From: a virus
Length of the DNA: 64,000 bases
IMG/VR virus record: IMGVR_UViG_3300043185_000099
Span: 64,001 to 128,000 of that record
Strand: one strand, 5' to 3'
Part shown: positions 47,448-56,597 of the stretch, piece by piece
How positions within the stretch are numbered: position 1 is the first letter of the stretch
Layout: the number at the start of each line of letters is the position of its first letter
Made by a program: the position numbers and the translations under genes
Notes under the pieces: generated by a model
Databases searched by the model: none
What the model was told of the DNA's origin: nothing
What the model saw: the letters and a program-made list of their open reading frames with translations, nothing else

Positions 47448-50379
47448 TGCCGGTCGCCTTCAGGACACGCATGACGGTGCGGTACACCTCGCGTTGGTCC
47501 CCGCCATAGACGTTGACAGTGATGGGAGCTTTCGCCCCGGCCCCGCCACCTGTCAAGCCCATTGCATGAGCAAGGGGTCCTCCAGGCCGGGTGGCCATGA
47601 ACATGTCGTCGGGATGCGTAATGATCGGTCTTCCGCCGGCAGGGAGAATGAGGTCCCCAGCTTCGACTGAGGCACCCAGACCCTTAATCGCGGCTTGCCC
47701 GGCGTTGAGAAGTGCGCCGAGGTACAACTCCCGCATTGCATCTTCTTCGGCCTCACCTCCCGGATCGGTATATGGATCATACTTCTTGTAGGCTACATTC
47801 CAGGCTCGATTTCGTACCCAATCTGCGAAAGTCCCCTTGTAGTTTTCGGGGGCTGGAAGATCAAACAAGCCCCCGCGACGGAACTCCTCTTCCACAATCT
47901 TGTCATACGCCTCTAGGGTCTCGTCTTCATGCGGCCACAAATTCAATTTGCCTGTGTGGAGGTCCAACAGGCCGCCTGGCGCTAGGCTTTTCATTGCGTT
48001 GGCAAACACCCTGGCGACCTGTTCTCTGTCGACTTCGTAAGTCTCTCCGCCCTCACCCGTGATCTTGACAGTGCCAGGTTCGATGTCGGCTATTACAGCC
48101 TCCCCAACACCGCCCCCAGCCTCGACAATTCCATGTGACTCTATGAGCGATCCGAGCCGTGCCTCGGCCTCCCCCCGTGCTTTCCCAGCCTCCTCGACTC
48201 GTTTCCTGGCGGCCTCCACATCTTCCTTAGGCGCTCCGGCCATGGTCAGTCGACCCAGATCCTCTCGGGCGGCCTTTTCTTCCTCGGCCGCCGCGGCGAT
48301 GTCCGCTTGCGCCGCTTGCTTGGCCGCTGCGTAGATGCGTCGTTCCGAAGGTTTGTTGCTGAGGGTGACAGCTTCCCAAATCCCAACGACGACTTTGTGA
48401 ATCGCCATGAGTACCCCAAGAATGTTCTCCTGCAGGACATTCTTGACGGACTCCGTCGCGGCCGCAGTCTGACGAGCCAACGCGATGTCCTCCTTAACCT
48501 GCTCCGCCAATTCATCAGATGCCACCGCAGCATAGTTCTGAATGACGTAAGACTCGTCGAGGGTCTTACCTTCCGCTTCGGCCTGGGCCCGGAGACGTTC
48601 AAAAACATCGGCGAGAGCCCGCATAGTCTGGGGATCGGCCTCGAAGCCCAGCTCGGCCATCTGCTTCTTGAGAGCATCGAGTCGTCCTACGTCAGCTGTC
48701 TCATACGCTTGATCGAACTTTTCACCCAAGACGCTGGCAGCTGGCCGCAGTAGCATGGCCATCTTGGCCGGGACAGTCAGAGCTGTCATGCCTCTGGCTA
48801 CATCGGCCATTTCACCAGTTCCACCCCGCATCAGTTCCTGAACCCCGCGAACTCTCGAGGCAGCGGTCTCCATGCCAGCAGCTCGAAGTCCTTCCTTCAG
48901 CGCGAGGTCCCTCGTCTCGTCTCGCAGGATCTTCTCGAAGTCCTCGAAGGTCTTAATGCCAAGATCCTTGAGAACCTTGGCACCTTCCGCCTTACCTCCG
49001 ATCTCGTCGAAAAATGCTTGGGCATTGATCCTTCCGGCCTCCGCCATGATCCCGCTCATCCGGCCTTCGCCGGAGATGTAGTACCTCTGCAGCGCATCCT
49101 CCACTGAATCGGTCTGCTGCTTGAGGATGCCGCCGAACACCTTCGCGCTGAGGTCCTGACCCAACGTCCTGGCCAACTCTCCCAACAGCTTGGTGGCATC
49201 CTGGATTCGGACGTTGTAGTAGAGGAGACCGCTCGTAGCCTCCAGCACTGTCGAGAAGAACCGCTTGGTCGAGAACCCGGCAGCTTCAGCTTCGCGGGTC
49301 ACCATCGCGTAGGCTTCGGCAACTTGTGGGACCGTCATGCCTGTCTCCAACCGGATCTTGGCCATCGACGCCGCTGTTTCCGTATGGGACTCTCCAAGCA
49401 GTTTGCTGTAGGCGATGGCAACCGTTGTGATGTCGGCGTAGGACTTCATCGAGTCCGCGGACGCATCTATCTCTTCCCGAAGGTGCTCCATCCGAACGCC
49501 CGCTTCTCCGTATGCTGCGAGGACCTGCAGGTGTTGCTCCGTGGTTGCTCGCAGATCATTCCACTCGCTTGCAGCCTTGTTGAGTTCCTCGCGCATGCGA
49601 ACGAGTTCCTGTTCCACCCGGAAACCGGCCACCGCGCCGCTACCAAATCCAAAATCCATCGCTCCTGTCGTAGATATGACAGTCTTGTTGAGTTCATTCA
49701 TCTTGTCGTCGAGGTCCACGAAAGCCTTGACGAGGAGCACAACAACTCCGAGTACGGCTCCAATGACACCCAACGACTTGCCCACCGTGGCAAGACCCCG
49801 CCCCATAGCCGCCATCGACTGCGCCTGCTTGGCGCTCCCTCCTGCCTCCCTGAGCCTGATCGCAGAGCCTTGACGCGCCCTGCCGGCCTCCTGCAAGCGA
49901 CCCCCGGCCCCACGGAGCATCTCCGTGAACTCTCCGGGGGACCTGAAGAGCCCGCCGACGGAAGACAGCCTCTGTTTGATGGAGTCTGCCTTCTGTTCAA
50001 ACGTCCGCGCTTGACGGTCCTCCCGAGACTTCATGGCGGCGGAGATCGCCCCCATCTCATCCTTGAATCGTCGCGTTCTTTGTCGGAGGAGACGATCCAA
50101 GCGCTCGGCTTCGCGGAAGTTCCCGGTTTGGATCGCCTTGTTGAAGTCCTGATAGACCTTCGTGACGTGCGACCGGAGAAAATGTTGGATCGCGGCACCG
50201 CTGCGCCCTGTGGTGAAACCGAGCTTGAGGCCCGCCTCAAGCCCCTCAGCGGACATCTCCTTCAGCTCGTCGCGCCACTTCCTCGCGTTTTTCGACAGGC
50301 CCTTCCCAAGCTCATTCGCAGCTTCTCGAAGACCCCTGGTGTTGAGGACGAGGTCAACCCCTAGCTGCTTGTTCGCCAT
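47440..50379 (-). CDS. Tail tape measure protein, 979 aa
   Basis: A/E/R-rich helical protein with a hydrophobic stretch (LGVIGAVLGVVVLLV). C-terminal ITVNVYGGD..EVY..V type ending. Canonical position after the chaperones. Confidence 0.82.
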   Translation of the reverse strand: MANKQLGVDLVLNTRGLREAANELGKGLSKNARKWRDELKEMSAEGLEAGLKLGFTTGRSGAAIQHFLRSHVTKVYQDFNKAIQTGNFREAERLDRLLRQRTRRFKDEMGAISAAMKSREDRQARTFEQKADSIKQRLSSVGGLFRSPGEFTEMLRGAGGRLQEAGRARQGSAIRLREAGGSAKQAQSMAAMGRGLATVGKSLGVIGAVLGVVVLLVKAFVDLDDKMNELNKTVISTTGAMDFGFGSGAVAGFRVEQELVRMREELNKAASEWNDLRATTEQHLQVLAAYGEAGVRMEHLREEIDASADSMKSYADITTVAIAYSKLLGESHTETAASMAKIRLETGMTVPQVAEAYAMVTREAEAAGFSTKRFFSTVLEATSGLLYYNVRIQDATKLLGELARTLGQDLSAKVFGGILKQQTDSVEDALQRYYISGEGRMSGIMAEAGRINAQAFFDEIGGKAEGAKVLKDLGIKTFEDFEKILRDETRDLALKEGLRAAGMETAASRVRGVQELMRGGTGEMADVARGMTALTVPAKMAMLLRPAASVLGEKFDQAYETADVGRLDALKKQMAELGFEADPQTMRALADVFERLRAQAEAEGKTLDESYVIQNYAAVASDELAEQVKEDIALARQTAAATESVKNVLQENILGVLMAIHKVVVGIWEAVTLSNKPSERRIYAAAKQAAQADIAAAAEEEKAAREDLGRLTMAGAPKEDVEAARKRVEEAGKARGEAEARLGSLIESHGIVEAGGGVGEAVIADIEPGTVKITGEGGETYEVDREQVARVFANAMKSLAPGGLLDLHTGKLNLWPHEDETLEAYDKIVEEEFRRGGLFDLPAPENYKGTFADWVRNRAWNVAYKKYDPYTDPGGEAEEDAMRELYLGALLNAGQAAIKGLGASVEAGDLILPAGGRPIITHPDDMFMATRPGGPLAHAMGLTGGGAGAKAPITVNVYGGDQREVYRTVMRVLKATGNA

Positions 50380-50382
50380 CGC

Positions 50383-51606
50383 CTAGCCTTCTTCCCCCTC
50401 GTCAGCCAGCGTAGGACGGCGAGACTGGATTCGCGTCTGCAGATCGCTTGGGAGTGAGTCCGGACCGGGCTTGGTCAGAATATCGAGCATCGCCTCCTCC
50501 GACGGTAGATCGGAGACGATGTTCCCATCATCGTCAACGGCGAGTCGCCCAACATCGGGGTTGTTTTTGATGTACTTGTCGTAGGCACTGTTGTGCTTGT
50601 TGGAATCCAGAACCCTGGAGACCCCAGGGATTCGAGCGCGGGCTCGTTCAAGGAGCTGACGTCCAGCTTCTCCCGTGAGCGGGGTGAGCTGCGTCTTGGA
50701 GATTCCGGCCTCCTCGAGCGCTACCTGGAGCGCGCGTCGCCGGGTCTCCTCCGCTGACCTGCGTGTTTCGACGTCATGCCGAATCTTCGCCTTGACCCCG
50801 TCAACCACCAGGTCGTGCCGGTCTTTGATGCCCTGCACCCATTTGCGCATCTCGTCGCGAAGCTCTTCCTCCGATTCTGCTTGCCAAAATTCTTGGGCCC
50901 GCTTCTTCTCCTTCTTCTTGACGCGATCCTCACGCGGGATGAGACCACTTGCCTCGTAGTAGATCCGGTCCAACACTGATTGTCGCTTGCGACGCAGACT
51001 TTGCGAACTCTGACGATCCTGCGCGACGATCTTTTTGACACCTTTCGGCGCGTGCGGTCCAATCTGGAATTTGGCGAGGTCCCACAGGTATTGGTTGTGT
51101 TCGTGGTCGTCCTCGGTCTCATTGAAGTAGAGCCAGAGTTTCTGGACCGCGTTGAGCCCTGTAGAATCCCTGCCAACAATCCTGCTGCCTTCGCTCCGCC
51201 ACATGAACCTGGATTCATTTTCGTAGAGGAACGCCTCGGCACGGCGAGCTGCCTCAGTTACGCGCTTGAGGAGCCCCGTGAACACGGAATAGACGTCGTC
51301 CAGCATGGACCGCGGCATGACGCAACACATCTCGTGGAGCCGAGAGAGGGTGCTCTCATCCCCTAAAACGACCTGACCGTCGACCATCCAGATCGAGGCA
51401 GCGATGGCCCACCGCTGCCACCCGATGTCAGACACTCCCGAAGCCCGGTACTGGAGAAGCGTCCAGTCGTCGTCATTCAGCGAGCGGAGCACGAGCCGCG
51501 AGCCGTTGACGTCCAGTGGGTGGGCCAGGAAACCCGGACGAAGCATCTGCCGGACATCCGTGTAGATGCTCGTCCGCTGTTCCGGGGTGGTGACAACCAG
51601 ATCCAT
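50383..51606 (-). CDS. Tail assembly chaperone-like protein 2, 407 aa
   Basis: Between tube and tape measure. Its N-terminal domain aligns by eye with that of the upstream 448-aa protein. Confidence 0.6.
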   Translation of the reverse strand: MDLVVTTPEQRTSIYTDVRQMLRPGFLAHPLDVNGSRLVLRSLNDDDWTLLQYRASGVSDIGWQRWAIAASIWMVDGQVVLGDESTLSRLHEMCCVMPRSMLDDVYSVFTGLLKRVTEAARRAEAFLYENESRFMWRSEGSRIVGRDSTGLNAVQKLWLYFNETEDDHEHNQYLWDLAKFQIGPHAPKGVKKIVAQDRQSSQSLRRKRQSVLDRIYYEASGLIPREDRVKKKEKKRAQEFWQAESEEELRDEMRKWVQGIKDRHDLVVDGVKAKIRHDVETRRSAEETRRRALQVALEEAGISKTQLTPLTGEAGRQLLERARARIPGVSRVLDSNKHNSAYDKYIKNNPDVGRLAVDDDGNIVSDLPSEEAMLDILTKPGPDSLPSDLQTRIQSRRPTLADEGEEG

Positions 51607-51609
51607 GCA

Positions 51610-52956
51610 TTACGTTCCCGGCGCTTTGAACTTGTCGTTCTTGGCCCCACCCTGCGGATTGACCTGCGGATCGGGGCCGCCGCGCGCGGCCGGCCGATCC
51701 AAATCCTGCGTCGGCAGCCGATATACCGGTTTGCCATGGAGCTGCGCCGTCGTGTCTGGACGGCCCGTGCGGATGGCTCCTGCCCCGGAATCAGCCACAG
51801 CATTCCCGACGTTGGCCGCGATTCGAGCCGCGGCCCTCAAACCTCCCGTTCGTGGATCCATCGAGGCTGCAACGGGCGCAGCTTGTGGGGCCCCTCGACC
51901 CCGTCTCAGCTCCCTTGCTGTCGCCGTGGGATCCGGCATCCCGGCTTCCTGAGCCCGCTTGGCCTGCTCCTGGCGCGCTCGCTGGCGCTCGTTGTGTTGC
52001 TGCCGAAGCAATGCCTGCCGACGAGTCTCAGCCGCTACAGCGGCGTCAGGATCAGACGGATCGAAGAATGAATCGCCATCGGCCGGGAGAGGGATACCTT
52101 GCCGGTCTGTCTCAACCGGGGGCGGCGCGGGAGCGGAAGTGCCCGATTCGGGAGGAGCCGCGCTATGCGGGATGGCCGACCGTCGTCCTCCTCCTGGGCT
52201 CGACACGGGTTCCTCGGCCCCACCCATCTCCTCGGCCCCACCCATCTCCTCGGCCCCACCCATCTCCTCGGCGTGAGCATCCTCGAAAGGCTCGCCGATG
52301 GTCTCGGCTGCCTCCCCGACCCTCTGGCCACGGGCGACATCCCGCGACCGTTGAATCGCATCGCCCATCTTCTGGACCGCGGCCTGTTGCTGTCGCGTTC
52401 GATCAGGTTCAGGGGCCTTGGACAGTCTCTCCTTCGCTGCTCGAAGTTCCGCGAGTCTTCGCTCCACCCGTGCGATCTCATCGTCAAGATCCTGTGGCTC
52501 AAACTTGACGGCGGCGCTGGCGGCGATTTCGAGACGTTCGGCCAGCTCGCCGAACTTCCCGAACACATGCGTCAGCATGGTGCGCGACCACTCCCTCTCG
52601 ATCATGTCCCTGATCGCTTCCCACTTCGGAACCGACACCTTCCTCCCCGCCGCGTCGGTCTCGTCCGTCTCGATGTACTGGACGTCCCGGAGGTCGAGAT
52701 CCCCGATCTGGATGACGGAGAATCCGAGCGTGGCGTGCCGCATCCGGTCAATGAAATCGGCGAAGGCAGCCTGGTCTGCCTCTTCGGTGGGGCTCTCCCC
52801 CCACGCGACCTGCGCGTAACGCTGGATCTCCGTTTCCTCGTTTCCTCGGAGGGGACGCAGGGTGATCCTCGTACCTCCGGCGTCGAACGAGAATTCGTGA
52901 TCGCGGATGCGCTCGACTCTGGTGATTGCGGTCTCTAGGGCCTTTAGATTGACCAT
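51610..52956 (-). CDS. Tail assembly chaperone-like protein 1, 448 aa (start revised to ATG 52956, MVNLKAL...)
   Basis: GGAGAG Shine-Dalgarno before ATG 52956. G.RITLRPL...E...I motif of tail chaperones, then coiled coil and a low-complexity tail. Confidence 0.62.
   Translation of the reverse strand: MVNLKALETAITRVERIRDHEFSFDAGGTRITLRPLRGNEETEIQRYAQVAWGESPTEEADQAAFADFIDRMRHATLGFSVIQIGDLDLRDVQYIETDETDAAGRKVSVPKWEAIRDMIEREWSRTMLTHVFGKFGELAERLEIAASAAVKFEPQDLDDEIARVERRLAELRAAKERLSKAPEPDRTRQQQAAVQKMGDAIQRSRDVARGQRVGEAAETIGEPFEDAHAEEMGGAEEMGGAEEMGGAEEPVSSPGGGRRSAIPHSAAPPESGTSAPAPPPVETDRQGIPLPADGDSFFDPSDPDAAVAAETRRQALLRQQHNERQRARQEQAKRAQEAGMPDPTATARELRRGRGAPQAAPVAASMDPRTGGLRAAARIAANVGNAVADSGAGAIRTGRPDTTAQLHGKPVYRLPTQDLDRPAARGGPDPQVNPQGGAKNDKFKAPGT
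52211..52272. repeat. 18-bp tandem repeat, about 3.4 copies (encodes AEEMGG)
   Basis: tcctcggccccacccatc repeated exactly three times, plus tcctcggc. Confidence 0.95.
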
Positions 52957-53163
52957 GACTCTCTCCACATCGTGGTGGAGCAAGTCGGTGGGTCGTGCTC
53001 GCAGCGCAAACAATTCACATGCGTGAGTGCTCGTGTACGTGCATGTCTGACCGTCCCGCGAGCGGGAGGGGGTTGGACAGCGCAAAGTGGGATCTGTGAG
53101 TCCCCATCTGGTTCACGTTCATGTCTGCGTCTAAAACGCGTCCACCGATTGCTCGGGTTGCTC

Positions 53164-53188
53164 AAAGACCCCCGCCTTGGGTGGGGGC
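53164..53188 (-). terminator. Possible intrinsic terminator after the tail tube gene
   Basis: Minus strand GCCCCCACC-CAA-GGCGGGGGT followed by CTTT (one mismatch, short U tract). A second perfect 7-bp hairpin GTAGGAT/ATCCTAC lies at 53199-53218. Confidence 0.45.
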
Positions 53189-53232
53189 ACTTACCGAAGT
53201 AGGATTGATGGATCCTACCCCGGGAAATTGGA

Positions 53233-54024
53233 CTAGACCGTCACGAAGTCACTGGCGGCTCTCTGATCGCCCACGTTGAAGCGGATCGACCCGACCTGAC
53301 CGATCGTCGGATCGTTGCCCGTCGCCAGGAACTCACCGTACTCGGACGAGAAATCGTGCACGTCGGAAATCGTGATGTCCCCGGTCTCCATGAGCATGCC
53401 AGTGTCGCGGCCGAGGTTCGTCAGCGACCACGAGTTGAACCAGCACGTCTCGTAGAGCGTGATGATGGCCGTGTGACCGCGAAGGTCCCCTGGGAAGTTG
53501 TTCGGGTCGTTGGTCACCTGCGGGTAGACGATCTCCTTGACACCACCATCGAAGGTCCCACCGCCGCCGTTGAACCCGACTCCGGCCTGTCCCGTGAGAT
53601 CGAAGTCCGCCAACGTGGAGAACACGAGCTGCTGCTCCACATCGAAGGGCCAGCGGTGATGACGCAGCGAGCGCACCGGGCCGCTGATGCCACCCGCGTA
53701 TCCTGTCGCCTGCCAGATGTTTGAGAGGTAGAGAAGCGCGCGCTCAAAGCTGCCTGTCATCGCTTCCGTCACCGACGGGACGAGTTCGGCGATCATGTCC
53801 CCGAAGCCGATCCCGCGAAGGGTGTCGATCGTTCGTGACTCGTTCGGCGTGAAACTCGACAACACCCCCATCTGGAACAGGAGGTTCGCGTCGCTGCCGT
53901 AGGCAGGGGTCAGGATACGGACCTTCTGCGAGACGGCCGTGCGCGTCTGAGGCGACGTGCCGTAATCGTAGATGTAGCTCGAACCCTGGACTCCCTGTGA
54001 TGGATTGAGGTCTTTGTTGGCCAT
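53233..54024 (-). CDS. Tail tube protein, 263 aa
   Basis: G.LSSF...ESRTI..LRGIG.GD.IAELVP..T...T.SFER..LY, PFD and ITLYETCWF.S.S features of contractile-tail tube proteins. Precedes the chaperones and tape measure. Confidence 0.75.
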   Translation of the reverse strand: MANKDLNPSQGVQGSSYIYDYGTSPQTRTAVSQKVRILTPAYGSDANLLFQMGVLSSFTPNESRTIDTLRGIGFGDMIAELVPSVTEAMTGSFERALLYLSNIWQATGYAGGISGPVRSLRHHRWPFDVEQQLVFSTLADFDLTGQAGVGFNGGGGTFDGGVKEIVYPQVTNDPNNFPGDLRGHTAIITLYETCWFNSWSLTNLGRDTGMLMETGDITISDVHDFSSEYGEFLATGNDPTIGQVGSIRFNVGDQRAASDFVTV

Positions 54025-54055
54025 GGTGCCTTTCTCTCGTCAGGCGGCCGACCCC

Positions 54056-54071
54056 ATAGGGCCGTCAACCG
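54056..54071 (-). promoter_or_regulatory. Candidate late-promoter motif (CGGT-N8-CTAT) upstream of the tail tube gene
   Basis: Minus strand CGGT TGACGGCC CTAT, 31 nt before the ATG. Confidence 0.5.
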
Positions 54072-54110
54072 CGCAAGGTGGGGATGTAGGTCCCCTCAAG
54101 GGAGGCTGTC

Positions 54111-56261
54111 CTATAGCCTCGCCAGCGAAGCCAGCCACCGGCGGGTAATGCGCAACACCCTCCCGTCCAGAGCGTCCAGGGGACACCCTGGACGCTCCCG
54201 GTTTCCCTGTGCTCCCTTGGCCAGCGGGTTGCCCTCGACGAGCCTCCACGCCTCCAGGGCCCGCCTCATGGCCTCCCGTTTGGCCGGGTCCTTCTCGGAC
54301 CTGAGTCGCCGTGCCAGCTCGGTCGGCGGCACGTTCATGAAGGTCGCCAAGAGACCACCCACAGCCACCCGACTGACTCTCCGATCGATAGCCTCCACGA
54401 GATCCACCCATGCCGGGTATCTGGCGCGCAGCTCGCCCAGATCGAGATAGTAGATCGCGAAGGCATCCGCGAACGCCTCCTCCATGTTGTGCTGACCGAA
54501 CGGCAGCGCGCCCACGTCCCACATGTCGATGCCATGGTCCTGCGCCATGTCCACGAACTTCGAGAGACCGAATCTGGAGAGCACGAGGTGGCCGATTTCG
54601 TGGGCGAACACGAAGTCCTTTGTCTGACTCGGCAGCTTCCAGAACTTGCGGAAGAGCCAGATCTCGTCTCCGTGCTGCCGAGCCTCAGGATGCGATGCCT
54701 GTCCGATGTCCTTCGACACGACCCGGACACCACGAAACCTCTGGAGCTTCGGGTGACGACGAAAGAACTCGGCGAGGAAATCAGCCTGGGCATCTCCGCC
54801 CGCGATCCTGATAGGCGGGAGGATCGTCCTCAGCCACTCCCGAACTTCGGGCAGCACCGTACGCGGCCCGTACCCGACGAGCATCCCGAGAGCCTCGCAG
54901 AATGCCTCCTCGCTGTTCTTGGCCGCGTAGGCGGTGATGGGTTTGCCATGCACGGTCAGCCGCGTCTCGCCTCCACGCTCGACGTACTCGCGCAACCTGT
55001 CCATCATGAGGATGTTGTCGAACTGGCGCTTGTAGGACGGGTCGTGCCAGATCCCCTGGATCTGCAGGTACAGGAGCGGGTCCTCGCGTCGGATCCTGGC
55101 ATTGTCGTAGAAATCGCTGGTCGTCCCGTAGCGCCGGAGAACCTCGGCGAGGTCCAACGTCCCGTAGTTCCCCGTGATCGCCTTCGACCAGAAATCCTGG
55201 TCGTCCTTGCTCAGGTACGTCCTCCAGAGATGGTGCCCCATCTCGTGCGCCAGGATCTGCGCCATGCGCCCCGGGTTGGCGTGTGCTGCACCCGGACAGA
55301 CCTCGACGTGGTCGACCTCGTACTTGCCTCCCTCGTCGAGTCCGCATCTGAAGTCGATGACCAGCGGAAGCTGCGCACGAAGAAGGAGTGGGAGGACCTG
55401 CGCGGCCCGCTGTCGATACCGTCGAAGTCCCTCCCGCAGCCGCTCCATGGAGTCCGCGTCTCGAACATTTCCTGGGTCGTACCCCGTGATCTTGACCTGG
55501 AATCCCTCGAGGGTCTCCACGCGAACCTCGGGGACGTCGACGACAGCCTTCTCGCCGCGGCGTTGCTCCCACCAACCCACGAAGTCGCGCAGCACCCTCC
55601 AGACGTCTTGTGCCTTGCCGCGGATGCGACGGTCCCACCGGGGCAGATCTCGGATGAAATCCGCGAGTGCCCTCTCCGGAGACATCCCGCTGTGTCGGAT
55701 CCACGCGTCGGACTCGATGGGCGGCTGTAGCTCCGTCGTGAACTGCCAGACCGCAGAGCGAATCTTCTTCTCCCAGTAGTCCGCGTCGTTCTTCTCGATC
55801 TCCTTCCGCCAAGCAGCACCGGACAGCGTGCCCAGAAGATGGTCGAAGACGAAGGGCTCGAAGTGCTCCCGCCACCGGCGCATAGCGTCGAGCCATGCCT
55901 GCGCCTGCTTGTAGGTCCGGGCGACCGTGGCGTTCTTCATGAGCATCAGAAAATCGCGCCGGAACCTCTCCACGTCGAACACCTGCATTCTGCCCGTCCG
56001 CGACACGAGACGACGCACCGCCCTGCGCACGGCGATCTGACGACGCAAGCCTGGGTGGAGAACACCCCAGTTCACGTCGAGCCACGTCTCATCCGCCCAA
56101 ACGAACTCCCTCTCTGCCGCCGCAAGCGGGGACTCGCTGCTCTCCAGATGTCCCCCGGGAACGGACCAGAGCCCGACGTCGTCGGCATCAGATCTCGGCG
56201 CGCGGCGGACGAGGGGAGCCACTTCTCCGTCGGTGAGCCAGAGCCCTGCGCGCTCGATCAT
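54111..56261 (-). CDS. Modular polyprotein: truncated NUDIX plus two HExxH zincin-like metallopeptidase domains, 716 aa
   Basis: WSVPGGHLESSESPLAAAEREF (NUDIX box cut short); ILAHEMGHH...TAYAAKNSEEAFCEA; FAHEIGH...EEAFADAFAIY. Arg-rich R(I/V)A-type linkers. Confidence 0.75.
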   Translation of the reverse strand: MIERAGLWLTDGEVAPLVRRAPRSDADDVGLWSVPGGHLESSESPLAAAEREFVWADETWLDVNWGVLHPGLRRQIAVRRAVRRLVSRTGRMQVFDVERFRRDFLMLMKNATVARTYKQAQAWLDAMRRWREHFEPFVFDHLLGTLSGAAWRKEIEKNDADYWEKKIRSAVWQFTTELQPPIESDAWIRHSGMSPERALADFIRDLPRWDRRIRGKAQDVWRVLRDFVGWWEQRRGEKAVVDVPEVRVETLEGFQVKITGYDPGNVRDADSMERLREGLRRYRQRAAQVLPLLLRAQLPLVIDFRCGLDEGGKYEVDHVEVCPGAAHANPGRMAQILAHEMGHHLWRTYLSKDDQDFWSKAITGNYGTLDLAEVLRRYGTTSDFYDNARIRREDPLLYLQIQGIWHDPSYKRQFDNILMMDRLREYVERGGETRLTVHGKPITAYAAKNSEEAFCEALGMLVGYGPRTVLPEVREWLRTILPPIRIAGGDAQADFLAEFFRRHPKLQRFRGVRVVSKDIGQASHPEARQHGDEIWLFRKFWKLPSQTKDFVFAHEIGHLVLSRFGLSKFVDMAQDHGIDMWDVGALPFGQHNMEEAFADAFAIYYLDLGELRARYPAWVDLVEAIDRRVSRVAVGGLLATFMNVPPTELARRLRSEKDPAKREAMRRALEAWRLVEGNPLAKGAQGNRERPGCPLDALDGRVLRITRRWLASLARL

Positions 56262-56276
56262 GCGGTGCTCGTACGC

Positions 56277-56597
56277 TCACCGGTTGCCGGCTGCCCTCGG
56301 CGGAGTGAAGTGGTACTTCTCTGGGTCGACGAATCCCGACTCGTCGGACTCCAGGCCAACGCGATCGTCCTCGATCCTGTCGGCGATGCGCATCAGGGCT
56401 GTGTAGACCTGTGGACGGAGATTCAAAGCCCTGGCCACCAACGCGAGCTGCCTGAGAATGGCTGCCAGCGCGACGTCCTCAAAGTGCTCCTCGGCAAGGA
56501 GATCGCGGACAAGATTCGGCAGTGGGCGCAGCGTCGACTTGTAGTCGAGCGCGCGCTTGACCCGGCGTACGAATGTCCATGTGTCCAAGGTCTTCAT
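56277..56597 (-). CDS. Hypothetical helical protein, 106 aa
   Basis: ATGA-coupled to the upstream polyprotein. Confidence 0.65.
   Translation of the reverse strand: MKTLDTWTFVRRVKRALDYKSTLRPLPNLVRDLLAEEHFEDVALAAILRQLALVARALNLRPQVYTALMRIADRIEDDRVGLESDESGFVDPEKYHFTPPRAAGNR

Noticed and set aside
52211-52272. Possible CRISPR array
   Set aside because: Contiguous 18-bp coding repeats with no spacers. No cas genes and no other repeat-spacer pattern noticed in the window.
183-54024. Extracellular contractile injection system, tailocin or T6SS instead of a phage
   Set aside because: I saw no Afp15-like ATPase, ClpV or membrane complex. The HNH homing gene, polyvalent proteins, speD and integrase/att favour a phage. 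Not fully excluded, because head genes are not visible.
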